This document shows positions 30,301 through 36,574 of a stretch of 64,000 nucleotides of DNA, in pieces. Below the pieces are notes generated by a model. That model saw only the letters and a program-made list of their open reading frames with translations, ran no database searches and had not been told where the DNA came from. Position 1 is the stretch's first letter; each line of letters opens with the position of its first letter. Source of the stretch: Pseudomonadota bacterium. GTDB taxonomy: Bacteria; Pseudomonadota; Alphaproteobacteria; Rhizobiales; Xanthobacteraceae. The DNA is taken from the NCBI GenBank assembly GCA_049324435.1, contig JBMOOQ010000008.1, positions 20,072 through 84,071 on the forward strand, written 5' to 3'. Both the position numbers and the translations under genes were made by a program.

Positions 30301-30571
30301 GACGGAGATCGATACGCTATGTTGCGGCACGCTCGGCAGCGTCGAATTCATGTGCGAGGCCGGCGACGCACTCGGCCGACCGGACGTAAGGCGGATCGCA
30401 GCGCAACGGCTTGCGGCTGTGGTCGAGGCCGCACGCATCAACGGCGACTATCGCTGGAACAGCGGAAGGCGACGTTTCAATCTTGGACTATTCCGCGGAC
30501 TTGCGGGTGTGGGCTACACGCTGTTGCGGCAACGCGATAATGCATTGCCGAATGTGCTGATCTGGGAATAG
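27380..30571 (+). CDS. lanM: Class II lanthipeptide synthetase LanM (ProcM-like, CCG zinc-ligand type)
   Basis: 1063 aa from ATG 27380. C-terminal LanC-like motifs GMSHGAAGFAYALASL, WACRWCHGAPGIGLARAALL, LCCGTLGSVEFM. N-terminal ~600 aa of LanM-dehydratase size. GTG 27302 is an alternative start. Confidence 0.8.
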   Translation: MDTPLDRIVARAATIDELLAKPGSAMGCDAGIAERRLAAWCRSAANGDSQLFARRLARDGLSLEKARNRLAAAFPSAGGRMTGWSADAAWVEAGLYGDFTEQSFPALSAEPRPFQHLLGPLVAAAEARLWHAAGEDLRKNFTDPGLESLRLMLLDQLSDLCAPPLYERFAAMRERGEDSQTSAADRAPGTAAYSRFVADMRSGGFRILFDEKPVLLRLIAILARQWIDSVCEFAIRLDKDLAAVRRDLAGCDRLERILKVDGGLSDRHNNGRSVFIVTFEDGVRAVYKPKDLRLDVAWNKLIARLNGSSPPLALRAARTIARDHYGWTEFIDHTGCADESGCDLYFRRAGAWLALFHCFAATDMHQENVIAAGDHPVPIDLETILQPTPAPPKNQEPESEAFDAATRMIADSVMAVGVLPAYGRAPDTSIFAMGALTADWNARIRLEWLDINTDGMRPTRAKVVENANPNLPHAGGRYARFGEHVDAFLAGFEDYARFLSQLSRGDGLGGLFDGFSGVTVRKVVRPTRFYAMLLQRLKTHRSMDDGAAWSAQADFIARLSDWEAPSDPTWGFHRAERSALLALNVPHFVVPSDGHGVRDCEGPVATLTGLSGLERARERVRQFDKAEIEWQLAVIKANTAGAPPKSSADVARLLLRTDVPIATDSFASEADRIAAEISEHAIRRGRSAAWIGLDWMGDAEAFQLAPLGPDLYNGLSGIAVFLSAHASVTGHGASAELALAALTHLRKKLKDRNSARFVRSLGIGGATGLGSLIYALAVIAKNLGQADILSDAHAASALMIDELIAADKRLDALGGSAGAILALLRLYRDTQSSDVLARAVACGEHLLRQERTGIEGMRSWVGIGLGEKPLNGMSHGAAGFAYALASLAEATGRNDFHRAASECLAFENATYNADRHNWPDLRHKGEPGWACRWCHGAPGIGLARAALLKRSGINAATLQSDIRNALVGVEENWPTEIDTLCCGTLGSVEFMCEAGDALGRPDVRRIAAQRLAAVVEAARINGDYRWNSGRRRFNLGLFRGLAGVGYTLLRQRDNALPNVLIWE

Positions 30572-30588
30572 CGGCATAGGTGCCGACG

Positions 30589-31161
30589 CTATTTTCCGTC
30601 GGACGCGCAAGTGGCGTGGATCACCACCTTGAACATATCGAAGGACTGCACCGTGACCTGACAGAGCCGTGAGTCGCCAAGATCGACTTTGACAACGTCG
30701 CCGGCGTTCAGCAGATGCGGTTTACCTTCGATGTTGAGGGTCACACCGTGGATAGTCGGAACCCCTGTCAGCCCAACGTGAACGCGGCCGCCGGCGACAA
30801 TAAACGACTGGTTGGGCCTCATCACATAGATATTCTCGGACGGCACAATTTCGTCGAGCACGGCCTGGACGTGATTGAGCCGGGTTTGAAGCGTGAGGAT
30901 ACGATCCGCGCGCTGGTTAAGCTCAGCGCTGACCTGCTGGCGCTCCTCACGAAGTTGCTGGATCGTCGCATCGCGCTGCGCCAGTTGGCGTCTCGCCAAC
31001 TCGCGTCCTGTGATGTGACCGATCAATGCCACACCAAGGATCAACAAGGTCTCAATCAGAAGAATGTAAATCCGCCGGCGGCGCGTCAACAGGCGCCACG
31101 CGGCCCGCGAACTCAGGTCCGGCTCTGCGGTGCGACGACCGGATCGCAATTTGTCGGCCAC
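30589..31161 (-). CDS. Membrane-anchored coiled-coil protein with C-terminal beta-rich domain (possible SPFH partner / NfeD-like)
   Basis: One TM helix (IYILLIETLLILGVALIG), heptad-rich segment, beta-rich C-terminus VHVGLTGVPTIHGVTLNIEGKPHLLNAGDVVKVDLG; last gene of the ABC-SPFH operon. Confidence 0.4.
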   Translation of the reverse strand: MADKLRSGRRTAEPDLSSRAAWRLLTRRRRIYILLIETLLILGVALIGHITGRELARRQLAQRDATIQQLREERQQVSAELNQRADRILTLQTRLNHVQAVLDEIVPSENIYVMRPNQSFIVAGGRVHVGLTGVPTIHGVTLNIEGKPHLLNAGDVVKVDLGDSRLCQVTVQSFDMFKVVIHATCASDGK

Positions 31162-31270
31162 GTTAGCGGTCCTCCCACCCCTGCTTTTGCGCCACCGGGG
31201 CGTGCCTCGCAGTCATGCACAAAAGCCTTAGACAATGTCGGGTCATGGCGACGAGCATCCTGACTACTCG

Positions 31271-32731
31271 CTATCGTGTCCCTGGCGGCGGATTCACCTG
31301 GATCTCGGCCGGTTTCATCATCACTTCGGTCGGCTTTCCTGGCCCCTCTGTACCATTCGAGGAGCCGGTTGTTCGTGATCCGCCCGTCAGCCGCGACAGA
31401 ACCGCCTCGTAACTCGATAAATCGAACGGGTTGAAGATCGCGGGCTTTTCCGCAGTCTTATCGTTCTTGGCGGCGGCCTCAGGCGCCGACGATCGCTTGT
31501 CGGGGGCAGGCGGCGTCTGGTTCTGCTGCGGTTGGGCCGCCGCGGGCGGGTTGACCTGCACGGCGGCTCCGGGCTGCACCACCACAGTGGTCGGCGACGA
31601 CACCGTTGGGGCCGCCTGGGGAGCAAAAGCGCGCGGGACCGGCTGGGCCGGAGCATAGGCCCCCGGCACGGTTTCGTTCGGCGGCGGCGGAGGCGCAGCC
31701 GCATCTTTGCGCGGCGGAGTTGCGGCCCCGGCAGGCTGGTCGACGTTGCCCAGAATGATTGGCAGACCGTCCTTGCCGCTGCCAATCACCACGACCTTGG
31801 AATTCGGCGATTGCGACAATGCCAAGGTCGCCTCAATGCCGCGCCAGCGAAGATACGAATCCGTAATACCCTGGCCGACAGTCTGCTGGAACGCCGCGAT
31901 ACCGTTGGCCTCGATCTGCTTGCGTCGCGACTCCTGCGCTTCGCGTTCGACGCGATAGCGATACTCCTGAATCAGGTAGAATTGTTCGGTCTGGCGGTTG
32001 ATCGCGGCAACGATCGCAGGTGGCAGCTCGATACTGAGCACAAGCGTATCGATGATCTGGATCGAGTATTGCAATGCGTCGTTATAGTTTCTGGGATCCG
32101 GCTGCTCCATCGCCTCGGGCTGGACCAGCTTGTTGAGATTGGCGCCGAGACCCTTGCGTGCATTGTCGCGCACTTTTTCCTGGATCGCCTCGCGCGAGGT
32201 ATAGACCTCCTGCGCGGTGTATTGCGAAATAACCTGGCGGGTTTGGCTTCCGATTTCGGGACTGACGACGGATTCGAAATATTGCGGACCGATGAACTTG
32301 TGGAGCACCGCTACTGCATTGTGGAGCAGCTGGTAGCGGATGTTCATCTGGATCGTCACGTTGACACCATCGCGCGAGATCGCGTTGTAGGTCTGAGCCG
32401 TCGATTGCAGACGGAGATTGTAGATAAAAAGATGGTCCCACGGCCAAACCAGGTGAAGCCCCTCACCGCGCAGCTGTTGCGGATTGAGCATGGTGCCACG
32501 GCCAGCGAAGCACCAGCAGTAATAATCGAATGTGTTGAAGCGCTTCCACAGAACGCCGACATGGCCGCTTGGCACCGTGATCACCACAAAGCGCCACAGC
32601 ACCGTGACCGCAAGGAAAAGCACGAGCAGCATGAACGCGAAGCTCGGCAACCGGCGTGTCAGGAAATGCCATGTCCCTCGCCGCCGCACCGGCGGAGGGT
32701 TACCATCGAGTGACTCGGGATACGTTGCCAT
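31271..32731 (-). CDS. SPFH/Band-7 (stomatin/prohibitin/HflKC-like) domain membrane protein with Pro/Ala-rich C-terminal tail
   Basis: N-terminal TM then SPFH core (PSGHVGVLWKRF ... NVTIQMNIRYQ ...); ~150-aa low-complexity P/A/Q tail. Confidence 0.75.
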   Translation of the reverse strand: MATYPESLDGNPPPVRRRGTWHFLTRRLPSFAFMLLVLFLAVTVLWRFVVITVPSGHVGVLWKRFNTFDYYCWCFAGRGTMLNPQQLRGEGLHLVWPWDHLFIYNLRLQSTAQTYNAISRDGVNVTIQMNIRYQLLHNAVAVLHKFIGPQYFESVVSPEIGSQTRQVISQYTAQEVYTSREAIQEKVRDNARKGLGANLNKLVQPEAMEQPDPRNYNDALQYSIQIIDTLVLSIELPPAIVAAINRQTEQFYLIQEYRYRVEREAQESRRKQIEANGIAAFQQTVGQGITDSYLRWRGIEATLALSQSPNSKVVVIGSGKDGLPIILGNVDQPAGAATPPRKDAAAPPPPPNETVPGAYAPAQPVPRAFAPQAAPTVSSPTTVVVQPGAAVQVNPPAAAQPQQNQTPPAPDKRSSAPEAAAKNDKTAEKPAIFNPFDLSSYEAVLSRLTGGSRTTGSSNGTEGPGKPTEVMMKPAEIQVNPPPGTR

Positions 32732-32754
32732 CAGTCGTTCCTCATCGAACGCCT

Positions 32755-34398
32755 TCAGCCGCCCACAGTACGTTCGTCAACGATGCGCCCTTCTTCAAAA
32801 TGAACACGACGCCCCCGCAACTTGGTTTCGTCGAGGTACCGGTCGTCATGGGTGATGACGACCAGCGTCTTGCCGGCGCGCATCAGTTCGGGGAGCAATT
32901 CATCATAGAACTTGCGCCGGTATTCCGGATCCTGCTCCGCCGTCCATTCGTCTAGCAGCATGATGGGTCTGTTTTCCAGCATGCTGACGATCAGCGCGAG
33001 CCGCCTGCGCTGGCCGCCCGAAAGGTCGAGGGTACGGAACTCGCCGTTGGTCAGGCCCGTCTTGTCCTCCAGCCGGAATTTGGCCAGCAGATTTGCCAGC
33101 TCGCCCGGATCGACGTCCGGAATGCCGTAGAGCCGCCGGAACAGATGATAGTCATAGAAAATAGCCGAAAATAGTTCGCGATACTCGTCGCGGGTCGCCT
33201 TGTTGACCCGCTTTCCGTTCAGCAGAACCTCGCCCTCCTGGGGGTGATAAAGACCCGCAAGCACGCGCAGAAAGGTCGATTTGCCGGAGCCATTGCCGCC
33301 GGTGATGAACACGAGCTCGCCGGAACGCAGAGTGAAGTCGATTGGGCCGATATGGAACGCCACGTCGGAATGGCGGTCGACATAGCTGAAAACGATCTGG
33401 CGCATTTCGATCGATTCGAAGCTCTTCGGCGTTGCGACCTCGTCTGTCTCCGACGACACGGACTCGCGCAGCTTCGTTTCGAGGATTTGAATCCGGTCCG
33501 CAGCCGCATTGGCGTTCATCAGAATGGGAATCGACTGCACGAGTGCGAAGCATGCACCGATGACGTAGAGCAGTGCCGCGGTGATCTTGGCGATTGACGC
33601 GCCGCCAAGGCTTTCACTGAATTGCGGAGCAACGAACACCACCGTGCCGAGCAGGATATACATATAGCCTTGCGAATAGGCGATTTGCTTGAAGGTTTCC
33701 GACTGGCTTCTGATTTTGATGTTGGCCGCGGTGCGCGACACATCGACGGCATCGTCAAACAAGGCATCGCTGCGGCTCCGGTTGAGCCTGACCTCTTTGA
33801 AGCCATCGAGAAAATCGGTGATGCGATCGAACAGACGGCGCTCGTGCTCGGCGGCCCGCATTCGCTCCTCAACCAGCTTGCGGCTCCGGAAGTGAAAGAT
33901 CAGACCCGCCATGCTGACGATGAGAACGCTCAGCAGAAAGGCCGCGAGCGACAAATAGGCCACGTAGATCGCCACGAACCCGATCAGGACCGGTCCCTGA
34001 ATCGAGAAGCTGAGCATGTTGCTCGCCTGCGTCAAGATCGCGGCATCGCTCGAAATCGCGGCGATGATGCGCGCGCGGCCGACCTCTTCGATCGACAAAA
34101 GCTCCGAGCGGCGGACATAGTCCATCATTCGCACGCGAAGCTTGTGAATGATGGCCTCGATTTCCGACGTAATCGTCGTCGAGACGTAAACCTGGGTCTT
34201 GAAAAACAGGAACAGCGACACCACGAACAGGGTGGCCGACCAAAGCGCAGCGCCGCGTTCGTCCGAATCCGCCGCGGCCGCGCCGGTGTTGATCGCCGTA
34301 AGAATAAGGGCGTTGCTGATCCCCCCCAGAGCAGACATGAACACCAGCTTCCGCACCGAAGCGTGCATCTCGCGGTGAACAAGCTGGAGGAAGGACAT
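32755..34398 (-). CDS. Fused permease-ATPase ABC exporter of the cyclic-peptide/YojI-McjD type
   Basis: 547 aa; 6-TM N-terminal half, C-terminal NBD with Walker A GGNGSGKST, signature LSGGQRRRL, Walker B MLLDEWTAEQD; no N-terminal C39 peptidase domain. Confidence 0.8.
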   Translation of the reverse strand: MSFLQLVHREMHASVRKLVFMSALGGISNALILTAINTGAAAADSDERGAALWSATLFVVSLFLFFKTQVYVSTTITSEIEAIIHKLRVRMMDYVRRSELLSIEEVGRARIIAAISSDAAILTQASNMLSFSIQGPVLIGFVAIYVAYLSLAAFLLSVLIVSMAGLIFHFRSRKLVEERMRAAEHERRLFDRITDFLDGFKEVRLNRSRSDALFDDAVDVSRTAANIKIRSQSETFKQIAYSQGYMYILLGTVVFVAPQFSESLGGASIAKITAALLYVIGACFALVQSIPILMNANAAADRIQILETKLRESVSSETDEVATPKSFESIEMRQIVFSYVDRHSDVAFHIGPIDFTLRSGELVFITGGNGSGKSTFLRVLAGLYHPQEGEVLLNGKRVNKATRDEYRELFSAIFYDYHLFRRLYGIPDVDPGELANLLAKFRLEDKTGLTNGEFRTLDLSGGQRRRLALIVSMLENRPIMLLDEWTAEQDPEYRRKFYDELLPELMRAGKTLVVITHDDRYLDETKLRGRRVHFEEGRIVDERTVGG

Positions 34399-34495
34399 TG
34401 GAACGCTGCTGCCGGCTACTGTTGCAAGGGGCGCTGCCGTCCCCCAAAGAAAGGCATGGGCCGGTCTCGATACTCAACGATCAGGACCGGCAGGA

Positions 34496-34696
34496 TCAGG
34501 ACCGGCGACGCCATTCCACGTTTCGCGACGGGCCAGTGATAAGCAGCAAGGGCAGCACCACCAGAGGTGTTGTCAACAGCGCAAGCCCGAAGGTTCCGAG
34601 GAATCCCATACGGCGCCCGATGCCGCACAAACCGGTCAACGCGCAAAAGACGATGTATAGCCCTGCCTCGATCATCGGTTTCACTGGAGCAGCCAT
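34496..34696 (-). CDS. Possible small hydrophobic membrane peptide
   Basis: 66-aa ORF between the ABC exporter and DUF697 genes, weak RBS AAAGG, two hydrophobic stretches; may be spurious. Confidence 0.2.
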   Translation of the reverse strand: MAAPVKPMIEAGLYIVFCALTGLCGIGRRMGFLGTFGLALLTTPLVVLPLLLITGPSRNVEWRRRS

Positions 34697-34744
34697 CGAC
34701 CTTTCGATCGTGACTGCCCTCCGGATTGCTACTGACCGTGAAGG

Positions 34745-35326
34745 TCAAGAGTTGGTGCGCGGAGCGGTGGTGGCGTCCGGCGCAGACACCTTGGCGCGCG
34801 AACGATTGTCCCACTTTTCCTTCTGCGCCTTTATGAACTCGCGATAGTCGGGCGGGTTGAAGTCGAGCAAAGTGCCGCCCGATTCGAAGTGCTGGATGAA
34901 CGCCTTACCAATCGCAAAGGTTGCACCCGCTGCGAGCGCAGGCATCACGAAGCCCGAAGCAATCGTCCCGAGCACAGGCACCGACTTCAGCATGCTGGCC
35001 GCGCCGATGCCGCTGGTCGCAGGGATCATCGTCCCGGCCAGGGCTGCGATCAGCGCCTTGCCGCTGTTTTCGGAGAACGGCACGTTATAAATTTGCGACA
35101 GGCGGCGCAGCATCTGGAGCTGAATACCGGCAACGGTGGCGACGTCGATGATCGGGACCGGGATGAGCCCGCCGACGCCGCTCCACAATGCGAAACGATC
35201 AACCAGCTTGTTGGCCATCTCGAGCCGCGCGGCTGGGGTCAATTCCTGAGTTTCGGGCGTCTCGGACTTGGTCTCCGCCTCTGATGTCGTCTTTTGTGCC
35301 ATCCTGGAACCCTTCTCGGCATGCAT
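34745..35326 (-). CDS. DUF697-like membrane-associated protein (second paralog)
   Basis: See 25292..25933; shared GxGGLxPxPxxDVxxVxxxQLxMxxxLSxxYxxPF core. Confidence 0.5.
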   Translation of the reverse strand: MHAEKGSRMAQKTTSEAETKSETPETQELTPAARLEMANKLVDRFALWSGVGGLIPVPIIDVATVAGIQLQMLRRLSQIYNVPFSENSGKALIAALAGTMIPATSGIGAASMLKSVPVLGTIASGFVMPALAAGATFAIGKAFIQHFESGGTLLDFNPPDYREFIKAQKEKWDNRSRAKVSAPDATTAPRTNS

Positions 35327-35535
35327 GGATCGACCGCCATCTGATCGAGCGATCTAGATGTCTGTTCGCCGCAATCAAATCTGGTTTGAAAACGCTATCA
35401 TGATGGGTTGCGACTGCCAAGCGTCCGCAAGCGCCGTTATATGCTTGCAATATAAGGACTTATCATTCCGGCTTGGCGATCTTGCCTCGGTCGGACCGAT
35501 AGCCATAATGGCATGGCGGGCACGCGGAGACAGGT

Positions 35536-35754
35536 ATGGGGTCGAGACTTCAGAAGGACGTCCCGGTTAGAGCGCGCCGCGCATGGGAGGCGCCTGCCAT
35601 TTCAGAAGTCTCTATCGCAGGCGCGACGAAAGCCGCGGCTCTGGAAGAGCGTCCCGGCGAGGACCGAAATCCCCCGCCGCCCGCGACTCCGGGGGCCAAG
35701 CTCGGTTTCTCGTTCGAAATGTCGTTCCCGTTATCGGTCCGCACCGATAGCTGA
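35536..35754 (+). CDS. Lasso peptide precursor (A); predicted core GAKLGFSFEMSFPLSVRTDS
   Basis: RBS GGAGA-5nt-ATG; leader ends ...PPPATP (Thr at -2), core Gly1 and Glu9; directly upstream of B1-B2-C on the same strand. Confidence 0.6.
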   Translation: MGSRLQKDVPVRARRAWEAPAISEVSIAGATKAAALEERPGEDRNPPPPATPGAKLGFSFEMSFPLSVRTDS

Positions 35755-35837
35755 CCCGGCGCCTCGGTCTCTCGGCCATCCGCCGATGGCGAAGGATACC
35801 CTGATCCGCTAGGCTCGCTTCGCCTTTCCGGACACGC

Positions 35838-36152
35838 GTGCGGGACCCATCAATCGTGAGTGTGACAATCGACAGCGTGCTGGTTCGCGATCAGTACCTT
35901 GCCGCGACCGATCTGGGCGGTCAGATCGTCGTCCTCAATGTCCACACCGATACCTATGTCAGCCTCAACGCCGTGGCGAGCGACATCTGGACCATGCTTT
36001 CCGAACCGCGCCGCGTGGGCGATATTCTCGAGTTCCTATTGCAAAGGCATGATGTCGATGGCGAAACTCTGTCGCGCGACGTGCTGCCCTTCCTGCAAAC
36101 TATGATCGAGCGGCGGCTGGTGCGGCAGGTGGAAGGAGCTTGCGGGCGATGA
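35838..36152 (+). CDS. PqqD-family RiPP recognition element protein (lasso B1)
   Basis: ~100 aa; PqqD-like pattern LNAVASDIWTML...GDILEFLLQRHDVDGETLSRDVLPFLQTMIERRLV; start codon uncertain (GTG 35838 or internal GTG 35856/35862). Confidence 0.7.
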   Translation: MRDPSIVSVTIDSVLVRDQYLAATDLGGQIVVLNVHTDTYVSLNAVASDIWTMLSEPRRVGDILEFLLQRHDVDGETLSRDVLPFLQTMIERRLVRQVEGACGR

Positions 36153-36556
36153 CGCCTCGGACGAGGCGACGGATATATCTGCGGGAAGCCGCGATCGTGC
36201 TCATGCTGGCACGTCTTGCCGTGCGCATATTGCCGTCAGCGCGCTTGTTGCGCTGGGCCGATCGCCCGATGAAAAAGCTCTGCCGCTTCCCTGGAGATGA
36301 CGTGGCCTGGACCGCCTGGGCGATCGAACATGCGGCGAAACGCCAGGGCGCGGCACTGCAATGTCTGCCGCGCGCCCTTGCTGCGCATGTCATGCTTCGC
36401 CGGCGCGGTATCGCAAGCAGGATTTGCCTGGGCGTTGCGCGACATCGCGACCATCTGATCGCGCATGCATGGATTGAAGTTGGCTCACGAAAGCTGGTCG
36501 GCGGAGACGATTCCGAACGCTTCACGCCTTTGGCCGCCTTTGGCGGCGCCAAATGA
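36149..36556 (+). CDS. Lasso peptide leader protease (B2, transglutaminase-like Cys protease)
   Basis: ATG 36149 overlaps B1 stop (ATGA), RBS GGAAGGAG; Cys/His/Asp context QCLPRALAAHVMLRRRGIASRICLGVARHRDHLIAHAWIEVG. Confidence 0.7.
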   Translation: MTPRTRRRIYLREAAIVLMLARLAVRILPSARLLRWADRPMKKLCRFPGDDVAWTAWAIEHAAKRQGAALQCLPRALAAHVMLRRRGIASRICLGVARHRDHLIAHAWIEVGSRKLVGGDDSERFTPLAAFGGAK

Positions 36557-36574
36557 TTCGAATCAAAAGACCTC

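Noticed and set aside
30583-30602. Short inverted repeat CCGACG-ctattttc-CGTCGG between convergent LanM and coiled-coil protein genes as a terminator
   Set aside because: Only a 6-bp stem with an 8-nt loop and it overlaps the stop codon of the minus-strand gene; too weak to call
31215-31412. 65-aa plus-strand ORF resembling a small Gly-rich peptide near the RiPP loci
   Set aside because: Mostly overlaps the 3' end of the SPFH gene on the opposite strand; no RBS
35550-35744. 64-aa Gly-rich minus-strand ORF antisense to the lasso precursor
   Set aside because: The plus-strand ORF has a strong RBS, the Thr(-2)/Gly1/Glu9 pattern and is co-oriented with B1-B2-C; the antisense ORF has none of these
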